From Vicinamibacterales bacterium (lineage in GTDB: Bacteria; Acidobacteriota; Vicinamibacteria; Vicinamibacterales; UBA2999): a stretch of 32,948 bases of DNA. Numbering within the stretch: the stretch's first letter is position 1; each line of letters opens with the position of its first letter. Where the stretch lies: contig DASQAX010000406.1 in assembly GCA_035635535.1 (NCBI GenBank), forward strand, positions 1 through 32,948, read 5' to 3'. The position numbers were made by a program, and so were the translations under genes. Positions 1 through 9,661 of the stretch are shown here, piece by piece. Below the pieces are notes generated by a model that worked only from the letters and a program-made list of their open reading frames with translations, did no database searches and was not told the origin of the DNA.

Positions 1-1
1 A

Positions 2-724
2 GGGCACGTGCCGACGCTGATCGATGCCGGCACCGGCGAGCCGCAGCACCTCGATGCGCTCGAACGGGCGCTCGACGGCGCACGGCTCGCGCAGGTGCTC
101 GTCACCCACAGCCACATCGATCACGCGTCTGGCGCCGCGGCGATCGCGGAGAGGATGCCGCACGTCAGGTTCCTGAAGATGCCATGGCCGGAACACGACC
201 ATCAGTGGCGCGTCCGCTGGGAACCGCTGACCGACGGCGAGGTCGTTCCGGCGGGCGACTCGACGCTGCGCGCGATTCATACGCCCGGCCACTCGCCGGA
301 TCACCTCTGCTTCTGGGAGCAGGACAGCCAGCTGTTGTTCTGTGGCGACCTCGCATGGCAGGGCTCGACGGTGGTCATTCCACCGAGCCACGGCGGCGAC
401 ATCGCCGCATACCTCGCCTCGCTCGAACGCGTCATCGAGCTCGCGCCGGCGGCGATGCTGCCCGCTCACGGCCCGGTGATCGACCATCCGGTCGGCCTGC
501 TGCGCGAATACATCGCCCATCGCGCGCAGCGCGAGCAGCAGGTGATGGCCGCGCTTCGCGCCGGCATCACCGATCCAACGCAGATGGTCACGAGGATCTA
601 TCCATCACTGGCGAAGCCGCTCGTGCCGGTCGCGCGCGAGAGCGTGCTCGCCCACCTGATGAAGCTGGAACGCGAAGGCAAGGCCCGCCGCGACGGAGAT
701 GCGTGGCATATCATTGAGCCATGA
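2..724 (+). CDS. MBL-fold metallo-hydrolase (LACTB2-like with C-terminal winged-helix-like tail); 5' end cut by window edge
   Basis: The reading frame is open to the window edge (GHV-PTLIDAGTG...). Carries the HxHxDH zinc motif 'THSHIDHASG', plus 'HTPGHSPDH' and 'LPAHGP'. C-terminal 'VLAHLMKLEREGKARRDGD' tail. The stop overlaps the next start (ATGA at 721-724). Confidence 0.85.
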   Translation, partial: GHVPTLIDAGTGEPQHLDALERALDGARLAQVLVTHSHIDHASGAAAIAERMPHVRFLKMPWPEHDHQWRVRWEPLTDGEVVPAGDSTLRAIHTPGHSPDHLCFWEQDSQLLFCGDLAWQGSTVVIPPSHGGDIAAYLASLERVIELAPAAMLPAHGPVIDHPVGLLREYIAHRAQREQQVMAALRAGITDPTQMVTRIYPSLAKPLVPVARESVLAHLMKLEREGKARRDGDAWHIIEP

Positions 725-2091
725 ACGACGTCGTCGACTACATCAACGTCAACCGCGATCGCTACCTCGACGAACTCAAGCAGTACCTCGCCATCCCGAG
801 CATCAGCGCGCTGCCCGAACACGCCGCGGACATCCGGCGCGCGGCGCAGTGGACAGCCGACGCGCTCGAGGGCGCGGGCATGGAGCATGTGCGGTTGATC
901 GAGACGCCGGGCAACCCGGTCGTGTACGGGGACTGGCTCAACGCGCCGGGCAAGCCGACGATTCTCTTCTACGGCCACTACGACGTCCAGCCGGTCGACC
1001 CGCTCAACCTCTGGACGACACCGCCGTTCGAGGCGACGGTGCGCGACGGCGAGATCTACGCGCGGGGATCGGCGGACGACAAGGGGCAGGTGTTCATGCA
1101 CATCAAGGCCGTGGAAGCGCACATGAAGAAGGCCGGCCACCTGCCGCTGAACATCAGGTTCTTCATCGAAGGGGAGGAGGAAGTCGGCAGCGTCCATCTC
1201 GACGACTTCGTGCGGGCGCACAAGACCGACCTCGCCGCCGACGTCGTCGTCATCTCCGACTCGCCGATGTTCGACCGCGACATCCCGTCGATCTGCTACG
1301 GGCTGCGCGGCCTCACCTACTTCCAGATCGATCTCCGCGGCACCAACTCCGATCTTCACTCGGGCTCGTTTGGCGGCGCGGTCGCCAACCCCGCGTTCGT
1401 TCTGGCGACCCTGCTGGCGCAGATGAAGGACAAGAGCGGCCGCATCAAGATTCCAGGCTTCTACGCCGACGTGCGGCAGTTGAGCGAGGCGGAGCGGGCG
1501 GAGTGGAAGAAGCTGCCGTTCAACGAGTCGCGGTATCGAAAAGAGCTGGGCGCGCCGAAGCTGTTCGGCGAGACGGGCTACTCGACGCTCGAGCGCGTCT
1601 GGGCCCGCCCGACGTTCGAGGTCAACGGCCTGCTGTCAGGCTTCACGGGCGAGGGCGCGAAGACCGTGCTGCCGGCGATCGCGATGGCCAAGGTGAGCAT
1701 GCGGCTCGTGCCCGACCAGGATCCGAAGAAGATCGGCGACCTGTTTGAGGCCTACATCAACAAGATTGCGCCGAAGACCGTGGACCTGAAGGTGACGCGC
1801 ATGCACGGCGGCAAGCCGTGGATGACCGAGTTCGACAACAAGTACGTGCGCGCCGCCGGGCGCGCGATCGAGAAGGGGTTCGGGAAGGCGCCGGTCTTCA
1901 ACCGCGAAGGCGGATCCATTCCCGTGGTCTCGACGTTCCAGGAGGAGCTCGGCCTGCCGAGCGTGCTGTTCGGCGTGGGACTGCCCGACGAGAACGCGCA
2001 CGCGCCGAACGAGAAGCTCGATCTGTCGAACTTCCACAACGGCATCATCGCCTCGGCGTTTCTCTACGACGAGATCGCGGCCATCGGATAA
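721..2091 (+). CDS. M20-family dipeptidase / peptidase (ArgE/DapE/CPG2 superfamily)
   Basis: 456-aa ORF with M20 metal-site and catalytic motifs 'GHYDVQPV', 'ARGSADDKGQ', 'IEGEEEVGS' and 'PDENAHAPNEK'. The ATG overlaps the upstream stop. Confidence 0.9.
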   Translation: MNDVVDYINVNRDRYLDELKQYLAIPSISALPEHAADIRRAAQWTADALEGAGMEHVRLIETPGNPVVYGDWLNAPGKPTILFYGHYDVQPVDPLNLWTTPPFEATVRDGEIYARGSADDKGQVFMHIKAVEAHMKKAGHLPLNIRFFIEGEEEVGSVHLDDFVRAHKTDLAADVVVISDSPMFDRDIPSICYGLRGLTYFQIDLRGTNSDLHSGSFGGAVANPAFVLATLLAQMKDKSGRIKIPGFYADVRQLSEAERAEWKKLPFNESRYRKELGAPKLFGETGYSTLERVWARPTFEVNGLLSGFTGEGAKTVLPAIAMAKVSMRLVPDQDPKKIGDLFEAYINKIAPKTVDLKVTRMHGGKPWMTEFDNKYVRAAGRAIEKGFGKAPVFNREGGSIPVVSTFQEELGLPSVLFGVGLPDENAHAPNEKLDLSNFHNGIIASAFLYDEIAAIG

Positions 2092-2406
2092 CCACGAAGG
2101 CGCGCTGCGCGCGCGGCCACGACGCACACGAAGATTTTCAGGCCTATTCAGGCTCGCCGGTTTCGGCAAGCGCTTCCCGGGCCCGGTCGGCATCCTCGGC
2201 GCGTACCAGCAGATACGCGGCGTCCATAGCCGGATACATTCCGCCGGCGTTGTCCGAGCGGATCATCGATTCGATGCCGGCCTCGTCGAGGATGCCCTTT
2301 GCTATCAGGGCATCTGCGATTGACCGGAACGTCGATACCGCAACGAGGTCGGCAGTCCTGGACATGACCTTCGTGTCCTTCGTGTAGGCCGGAGGCCTTC
2401 GTGGTT
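2090..2406. repeat. Perfect 12-bp inverted repeat pair (AACCACGAAGGC at 2090-2101 / GCCTTCGTGGTT at 2395-2406) bracketing the DUF2007 gene, with three CCTTCGTG copies on the right side
   Basis: Read directly from the sequence. 2090-2101 is the exact reverse complement of 2395-2406. CCTTCGTG occurs at 2368-2375, 2377-2384 and 2396-2403. The related ACACGAAGA occurs at 2117-2125 in the opposite orientation. Confidence 0.8.
2144..2365 (-). CDS. DUF2007-like small protein (putative signal-transducing domain)
   Basis: 73-aa ORF with an ATG preceded by GAAGG. The pattern 'VAVSTF..IADALIAKGILDEAGIES...DNAGGMYP......LLVRAEDADRAREAL' matches my memory of the DUF2007 family. The assignment is from memory only. 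Confidence 0.6.
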   Translation of the reverse strand: MSRTADLVAVSTFRSIADALIAKGILDEAGIESMIRSDNAGGMYPAMDAAYLLVRAEDADRAREALAETGEPE

Positions 2407-2408
2407 GC

Positions 2409-4271
2409 CTACCGCGTCGAGCGGCTCTCGTCGGTCTCGAAGGCCAGCAGCACGTTGCCGCCGCGTCCGTTGCCCAGCCCCGTGTAGCCGGAGCCGAGAA
2501 ACAGCATCCCGCCGGCGACGATCGGTCCTGGCGCTCCCATCGCGCCGCCCCGTGCCGCGACGCCGTTGGCCGTCATGAAGTCGCGCACCGTGTCGAACTC
2601 CCAGACCTGCCTGCCGTCGGCCGCCGCGAAGGCGCGCAGCACGCCGTCCTGGCCGCCCGAGAACACGATGCCGGGGATGACCGTGAGCGCCGCGGTCTGT
2701 CCCGATTGCCGCTGCGGGATCGGCGCGACCGGCGTCGTCCATTTCTTCTCACCGGTCTTCAGATCGAGCGCCCAGACGGCGCCGCTCCGCGTGCCGAAGT
2801 AGACGCGCTGGTCGTCCGCCGCGCCGCCGAAGGTGATTTCGCCGCGCGCCAGCTTCTCGACGAGCGTCGCCTTCCAGATCACCTTTCCGTCGCGCACGTC
2901 CTGTGCGTAGACTTCGCCGCTCTTCTGCCCGGAGATCACGATCGCGCGGCCGTCGTTCAGCGTGCGCATGATCGGCGAGTCGCCGAAGTCCCAGTCGGGG
3001 CCGATGTTGGCGGGGCAGTTCTCCGACGGGTTGGCCGCTTCACAGCCGACGAGCCACGCGTCGTCCGGCGTGTGCTGCACGGTCCAGCGCGGCTTGCCCG
3101 TCGCGAGGTCGAGCGCCATCACCGCGTCGGTCGTTGTCGCGGAGACCGGCCTGCTGTACGCGTCGCCGGTGCCGATGTAGAGCGCGCCGCGCGCCTCGTC
3201 TACCGTCGGCGTGGCCCAGATGCCGCCGCCGGACGGCGCGTACAGCTGCACGCCGCGCGAGTTCTTCTTCGTCGGCTTCGGTTCTTCGCCGATGATGAAC
3301 GTCTTCCAGGCCTGCTTCCCGGTGTCCGCGTCGAGCGCGACGATGCTGCCGCGGAAGGTGCAGCAGGGGTAATCGGGACCGCCGCCCGCGGCTTCCTCGC
3401 GCGAGGCCAGCGGGACGTAGAGACGTCCCCTGTGCAGGATGGGGGAGCCGGTGACCGCGGCGAGCGGATGCGGGTCGGCGCTGACGATCCAGAGCGCCCT
3501 GCCGGTCGCGGCGTCGAGCGCGTAGACGTTGCCGCGCAGGTCGCCGAAGTACACCGCATACGACGAGCCCGGGTGGCCCTTGACGGGACCGACGCTCGGC
3601 GCGTTGCGAACGCCGGACGCCGCCTGGAAGCCCCACGCGACGCAGCCGCTCTTCGCATCGAGCGCGTAGACGTAGCCGGTGTCCGCGCCGAAGAAGACGC
3701 GTCCGCCGGCCACGGTCGGCTGGCTGTACATCGACGCGGCGTTGGGAAGTCCGAAGGCCCACTTCAGCTTCAGGTTCGGGACCTGCGCCGCGGTGATTCC
3801 CGCCGCCTTCCCGGACTGGAACCGTGCGTTGGTCGCGTCGGCGCTCCAGCCGTTCCACGCAGGACCCGCTGACGGGTCCGTGAGCTTCGCACTCGCCGGG
3901 CACTGATTCGGCATCGCCTTCGGATCGCCGGCGGGAATGCTTCCGATCTTCCGGCCTCCGAGGAACTCGGCATATCCGCGCTTGACGACGTCGCTGGCGT
4001 CGGCGACGGCCTGCGCGTGCGCCGGAGTCGGGCTCATGGTGATCGCCGCGAAGACCGTGTCCGGCGCGAGCCTGCGCAGCGCGTCGAGGTCGGGCGCCTG
4101 CTCCGCGCCCGCCGCCCGCGCGACACCGGGATTGCGGTGGCACGTCGCGCAGTGCTCCTCGAAGCTTCGAATCGTCCCCGAGGCCGTCTGGGCGCTCGCC
4201 GCCACGGCGCCGGCCAGCAGCATGGCGAAAACGTTGCCGATCAGGAGCAGTCGCTTGGTCATGGACATCAC
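2409..4271 (-). CDS. Secreted c-type cytochrome fused to a PQQ-like beta-propeller (quinohemoprotein-dehydrogenase-like / PQQ-binding-like repeat protein)
   Basis: N-terminal signal peptide 'KRLLLIGNVFAMLLAGAVAASAQT'. Single CxxCH heme motif 'CATCH'. Seven or more repeats of the PQQ-propeller signature 'A(L)D..TG...W' (ALDAKSGCVAWGF, ALDAATGRALWIV, ALDADTGKQAWKT, ALDLATGKPRWTV, AQDVRDGKVIWKA, ALDLKTGEKKWTT, AFAAADGRQVWEF). Vicinal Cys pair 'DYPCCTFRGS'. GAGGG lies upstream of the ATG at 4268. GTG 4271, ATG 4268 and ATG 4262 are all possible starts. Confidence 0.8.
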   Translation of the reverse strand: MMSMTKRLLLIGNVFAMLLAGAVAASAQTASGTIRSFEEHCATCHRNPGVARAAGAEQAPDLDALRRLAPDTVFAAITMSPTPAHAQAVADASDVVKRGYAEFLGGRKIGSIPAGDPKAMPNQCPASAKLTDPSAGPAWNGWSADATNARFQSGKAAGITAAQVPNLKLKWAFGLPNAASMYSQPTVAGGRVFFGADTGYVYALDAKSGCVAWGFQAASGVRNAPSVGPVKGHPGSSYAVYFGDLRGNVYALDAATGRALWIVSADPHPLAAVTGSPILHRGRLYVPLASREEAAGGGPDYPCCTFRGSIVALDADTGKQAWKTFIIGEEPKPTKKNSRGVQLYAPSGGGIWATPTVDEARGALYIGTGDAYSRPVSATTTDAVMALDLATGKPRWTVQHTPDDAWLVGCEAANPSENCPANIGPDWDFGDSPIMRTLNDGRAIVISGQKSGEVYAQDVRDGKVIWKATLVEKLARGEITFGGAADDQRVYFGTRSGAVWALDLKTGEKKWTTPVAPIPQRQSGQTAALTVIPGIVFSGGQDGVLRAFAAADGRQVWEFDTVRDFMTANGVAARGGAMGAPGPIVAGGMLFLGSGYTGLGNGRGGNVLLAFETDESRSTR

Positions 4272-4286
4272 CCTCTCGCGCGGATT

Positions 4287-4409
4287 TTAGTCCGAAATCT
4301 TACGGAGCCTGACGAATACGCCGATCAGCGTAACGGTTACGCCGATCAGCGTAGCCGATATCCACGGGTGGTAGTACAGCGCGGCGGCGAGCAGAGCGAT
4401 CCAGCCCAA
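4287..4409 (-). CDS. Candidate 40-aa small membrane protein (unannotated micro-ORF)
   Basis: TTG start at 4409 with GGAG 4 nt upstream (cacGGAGatccTTG). Translation is (M)GWIALLAAALYYHPWISATLIGVTVTLIGVFVRLRKISD*, hydrophobic with a basic tail. It fills the 149-bp gap between two minus-strand genes, 11 nt after the upstream stop and 15 nt before the next start. Mostly G/C-ending codons. It is below the length cut-off of the supplied ORF track. Confidence 0.35.
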   Translation of the reverse strand: MGWIALLAAALYYHPWISATLIGVTVTLIGVFVRLRKISD

Positions 4410-4420
4410 GGATCTCCGTG

Positions 4421-5296
4421 CTAATTGAGCGCGGCGACCCGGCGCCGCAGCGTCTTGACGTGCTCCCAGATCTGGTCGTGCTCCTCGCGCGCTTCCTTGT
4501 CCATCTCGCTCATGCTCGAGAGCTTCAGGTACGTCTGCAGGTCGCGCAGCGCGCCGGTGACGTCGTTGAGGTGGTAGTTGAGGAGTCCCCGGTCCCGCAG
4601 CTCGTTGAGCGCCGACGGCGTGAGCGCGACGAGCAGCTCGGTGACCGTGCGGGCCTGCGGGAACGAGCGCATGCCGACGTAGATGCGCTTCAGGTTCAGG
4701 AGCATCCGGACGATGATTTCCTTGCGCGTGGCGGGCGCGAGCAGCGACTTGCTGAACGCGATCTCGCTGCCCACGTGCTTCTGCAGCAGCACACGGCAGT
4801 CGTGCTCCGAGAGCAGCGCGCCGCCGTGGAACGGATCGATCAGCAGGCCGCTCGTCGTGCGCTTGCCGACGTCGGGGCTGCGCACGAGGAAATGCCCGGG
4901 AAAGTTGACGCCGTCGATGTGCAGCCCCGCGCGGCGCGCGATCTCCATGTAGACGAGCGACAGCGTGATCGGAATGCCCGTGCGGTGATCGAGGACCTCG
5001 TTCAGGCAGCTGTTGCGCGGGTCCTCGTAGCGGTCGTTGCCCGAGAAGCCCTGCTCCTGGAAGAGATACGTGTTGAGCGCGCGGACGCACGCCAGCGTGG
5101 ACGTGTCGGCGGTCTCCTGCGCACGGGCGTGAATGAACTTCGCCGCCGCGGCGCCCATCCCATCGAGCTGCGAGAGATACGGCTCGGGATCGATGCGTGG
5201 GTATTCGATGGTCGCGATGACGAGCGCCGCGTGCGCGAGCGCGGTGCCGGGAGCGTTGGAAGCGGCGGTGAGCGCGTCGGCGAGCTCTTTCTTCAT
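4421..5296 (-). CDS. SirB1/YchA-like protein (transglutaminase-like core + C-terminal TPR-like region)
   Basis: The real start is the internal ATG at 5296 (MKKELADAL...). It overlaps the HAD stop (ATGA at 5293-5296). The 162-aa upstream part of the track ORF is an R/G-rich artefact. Sequence 'YPRIDPEPYLSQLD...ALNTYLFQEQGFSGN...YEDPRNSCLNEVLDHRTGIPITLSLVY..IARRAGL...GVNFPGHFLVR' matches the SirB1 N-terminal / transglutaminase-like family. Confidence 0.8.
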   Translation of the reverse strand: MKKELADALTAASNAPGTALAHAALVIATIEYPRIDPEPYLSQLDGMGAAAAKFIHARAQETADTSTLACVRALNTYLFQEQGFSGNDRYEDPRNSCLNEVLDHRTGIPITLSLVYMEIARRAGLHIDGVNFPGHFLVRSPDVGKRTTSGLLIDPFHGGALLSEHDCRVLLQKHVGSEIAFSKSLLAPATRKEIIVRMLLNLKRIYVGMRSFPQARTVTELLVALTPSALNELRDRGLLNYHLNDVTGALRDLQTYLKLSSMSEMDKEAREEHDQIWEHVKTLRRRVAALN

Positions 5297-5979
5297 TTCA
5301 CCAGGTCTTCGAGCATCGGAAGCGACAGAGCGTCCAGTCCGCCCACGACCAGCTCCGCGGCCGTCAGCTCGGCGGCGGGGTAGCTCGTCGTGACTCCTAC
5401 ACAGCGTAACCCGGCTCCGCGTGCCGATTCGAGTCCCCACACCGAGTCTTCGATCGCCACGCAGCGCTGCCGGTCGAGCGGCTTGCCCGCGGCGTCCTGC
5501 AGGCGCTCGAACGCCAGCAGATACGGCGCGGGCGACGGTTTGCTCTCGGGCGTGTCGCCTGATGCGACGACCGCGGTGAAGAGGCCACCCAACCCGGCGG
5601 CATCGACGATCTGCAGGATTTCGTGGCGGAGCGCGCCCGACGCGATCGCGATCGGAACCGCGGCCGCAGCCGCGCGCACGAAGTCGGCGGCGCCCGGAAA
5701 GAGCACCTGGTCGCCTTCGAGCATCGCCTGGAGCTTCACGCCCTTCCGCGCGACGAGCGCCGTGATGTGCCGATCGGTCCACGCCAGGCGGCGGTCGCGC
5801 GCCAGCGCCTGCAACATCCCGACGTCGTCGTAGCCGAGATAACGGGCGAAGTATTCCTCGCGATCGAGCAGCAGCCCTTCCGCGGCGAGCGCCTGCTGGT
5901 ACGCTTTCAGGTGCAGCGGCTCGCTGTCGGCAATGACCCCGTCGAAGTCGAAGACGATGGCCTGGAGCGCGGCGGTCAC
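5293..5979 (-). CDS. HAD-superfamily hydrolase, subfamily IA (beta-phosphoglucomutase-like phosphatase)
   Basis: HAD motif I 'IVFDFDGVIADSE', motif II 'IASGA', motif III 'KPSPAPY' and motif IV 'IEDSVWGLESARGAG'. The GTG start at 5979 overlaps the upstream stop (GTGA at 5976-5979). The longer track ORF start (6081) would overlap the DUF1684 gene by about 100 nt. Confidence 0.85.
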   Translation of the reverse strand: MTAALQAIVFDFDGVIADSEPLHLKAYQQALAAEGLLLDREEYFARYLGYDDVGMLQALARDRRLAWTDRHITALVARKGVKLQAMLEGDQVLFPGAADFVRAAAAAVPIAIASGALRHEILQIVDAAGLGGLFTAVVASGDTPESKPSPAPYLLAFERLQDAAGKPLDRQRCVAIEDSVWGLESARGAGLRCVGVTTSYPAAELTAAELVVGGLDALSLPMLEDLVK

Positions 5980-6644
5980 GCGCCCGGGGCCTTGGCCGCG
6001 GGCGCTTCGAGGGGCGTCTTCTCGCCGGCGCGAACCGCCACCTTGAGGCGATTGGCCGCCGGCGGGTACGGACATTCCCACGTCGGGTTGTACGCGCAGG
6101 TCGGGTTGTACGCGAGGTTGAAGTCGATGACGTAGAAGCCGGTCGCGGTCGGCTTCAGGTCCAGATACCGGCCCGCCGCATATGTCTCCATGCCCGTGGT
6201 CAGATCGGCGAACGGGACGAAGAGCGACGTGATCTGCTGTGTTCCCGCCTCGACGAATGATTCGAGCGACATCTGCTGGCCCTGGAGCGTGAACTCGAGG
6301 ACGCCGACGCGCTGCATCTTGCGGTTCGTGCCCGTGGAGGTCGGCATGTCGGACACCGGCCGGTCGTTCGACAGCTTGAGCGAGGCCGGCACCTTGAAGG
6401 CGGGGTCGACGGGGTAGTACTTCAGCGGCAGCAGGATCGCGCGCTTCGCGACCGGAACGCTTTCCGGGTCGGCGGCCAGGGTCTGATCCTTTTCCGAGCG
6501 GGCGTCCTCGACTGCCTTGACGTAGCCGCCGGCATCCTCATCGGGCGCGGGCGGCCCGGAGGTGCACGCGCACACGAGCGCGGCAACGAGCAGGGCAATG
6601 TGGAGTGTAGGGCGGGTCTTTGTAGACCCGCCAGATTTGCCCAC
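5976..6644 (-). CDS. DUF1684-domain lipoprotein
   Basis: DUF1684 hallmarks: 'YYPVDPAFKV', 'FVPFADLTTGMETYAAGRYLDL' and 'IDFNLAYNPTCAYNPTWECPYPPAANRL'. Lipoprotein-type signal 'KTRPTLHIALLVAALVCAC'. The start is ambiguous. GTG 6644 is given here. GTG 6695 overlaps the acyl-CoA dehydrogenase stop as TAGTG and would translate both REP units. Confidence 0.8.
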   Translation of the reverse strand: MGKSGGSTKTRPTLHIALLVAALVCACTSGPPAPDEDAGGYVKAVEDARSEKDQTLAADPESVPVAKRAILLPLKYYPVDPAFKVPASLKLSNDRPVSDMPTSTGTNRKMQRVGVLEFTLQGQQMSLESFVEAGTQQITSLFVPFADLTTGMETYAAGRYLDLKPTATGFYVIDFNLAYNPTCAYNPTWECPYPPAANRLKVAVRAGEKTPLEAPAAKAPGA

Positions 6645-6690
6645 GTGCAGTGTAGGCCGGGTCTTTTCAGACCCGGCAGATTGTCCGCTC
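6602..6690 (+). repeat. Two tandem direct REP-like units (about 45 bp each) with GTAG head and 9-bp GC-rich hairpin
   Basis: Unit 1: GAGTGTAGG-GCGGGTCT-ttgt-AGACCCGC-CAGATTTGCC, stem 6611-6619/6624-6632. Unit 2: GCAGTGTAGG-CCGGGTCT-tttc-AGACCCGG-CAGATTGTCC, stem 6656-6664/6669-6677. The two stems differ by a compensated G/C swap. Confidence 0.85.
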
Positions 6691-6694
6691 AACA

Positions 6695-8470
<1,776 letters not shown>

Positions 8471-8479
8471 AGTTGCTCC

Positions 8480-9661
8480 CTACAGTCGTTCGAAGATTCC
8501 GGCGGCGCCCATGCCGCCGCCGACGCACATCGTCACCATTCCGTATCGAGACTGGCGCCTGTGCATCTCGTGCAGCAGGCTCGTCGTCAGCTTGGCGCCG
8601 GTGCAGCCGAGCGGATGCCCCAGCGCGATCGCGCCGCCGTTGACGTTGAGACGCTCGGGGTCGATCGGCAGCTCGCGCAGGCACGCGAGCACCTGCGCCG
8701 CGAAGGCTTCGTTCAGCTCGACGAGGTCGACCTGCTCGAGCGACAGGCCCGCGATCTTCAGCGCCTTGCGAATGGCGGGCACGGGTCCGATGCCGAAGCG
8801 CTCGGGCTCCACGCCGGCCGTCGCAAAGGTGACGAACCGCGCGAGCGGCTTCAGGCCACGCTCCTTCGCGAACGCTGCCGACGTGACGAGCACCGCGGAA
8901 GCGCCGTCGCTCGTCTGGGACGAGTTGCCCGCCGTCACCGTGCCAGACGCGTGGAACGCGGGCCGCAGCGACGCGAGCGCCTGCGCCGAGGTATCGCGCC
9001 GCGGCCCTTCGTCGACGTTGAAGGTCAGCTCGCGCACCTGAGGCTTGCCGTTGCCATTGGCCGGCGTGGCGACCTTGTACTTCAGCGGCGTAATCTCCCC
9101 GGCGAACCGTCCGCTGTCGATGGCCGCGACCGCGCGCTGATGGCTGCGCAGCGCGAACGCATCCTGCTCGTCGCGCGAGATGTGGTTGTCGCGCGCGTGA
9201 TTCTCGGCCACCAGTCCCGTACTCAGGTACACGTCCGGGTAGCTGTCAACGAGCGCCGGGTTCGGCGAGACCTTGTTGCCGCCCATCGGCACCATGCTCA
9301 TCGACTCGGTGCCGCCGGCCAGCACGGCGTTCGCGAAGCCGCACATGATGCGTTCGCCGGCGTAGGCGATCGCCTGGAGCCCGGACGAGCAGAACCGGTT
9401 GATCGTGACGGCCGAGGCGCTCACCGGTACGCCGGCTCGAAGGCTCGCGATGCGCGCGACGTTGAGGCCCTGCTCGGCCTCGGGCATCGCGCAGCCGAGG
9501 ATGACGTCCTCGACGTCCGACGCCTCGACCCCCGGCGCGCGGCGAAGCGCTTCGGCGATGACGGCCGCTGCCATCTCGTCGGGTCTGACGGTCCTGAGGG
9601 CGCCGTTCGGGGCGCGGCCGACCGCGGTGCGTGTCGCTGAAACGATTACTGCGTCCTGCAT
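8480..9661 (-). CDS. Acetyl-CoA C-acyltransferase (thiolase, degradative type)
   Basis: Active-site Cys context 'INRFCSSGLQAI'. Thiolase signatures 'NVNGGAIALGHPLGCTGAKL' and 'TMCVGGGMGAAGIFE'. 393 aa. Confidence 0.93.
   Translation of the reverse strand: MQDAVIVSATRTAVGRAPNGALRTVRPDEMAAAVIAEALRRAPGVEASDVEDVILGCAMPEAEQGLNVARIASLRAGVPVSASAVTINRFCSSGLQAIAYAGERIMCGFANAVLAGGTESMSMVPMGGNKVSPNPALVDSYPDVYLSTGLVAENHARDNHISRDEQDAFALRSHQRAVAAIDSGRFAGEITPLKYKVATPANGNGKPQVRELTFNVDEGPRRDTSAQALASLRPAFHASGTVTAGNSSQTSDGASAVLVTSAAFAKERGLKPLARFVTFATAGVEPERFGIGPVPAIRKALKIAGLSLEQVDLVELNEAFAAQVLACLRELPIDPERLNVNGGAIALGHPLGCTGAKLTTSLLHEMHRRQSRYGMVTMCVGGGMGAAGIFERL

Noticed and set aside
2098-2130. GC hairpin GCGCGC-tgc-GCGCGC after the M20 stop, considered as a possible intrinsic terminator.
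   Set aside because: It has only 6 bp and no adjacent T-run (ATTTTC lies about 10 nt further on). That is not enough for a terminator call.
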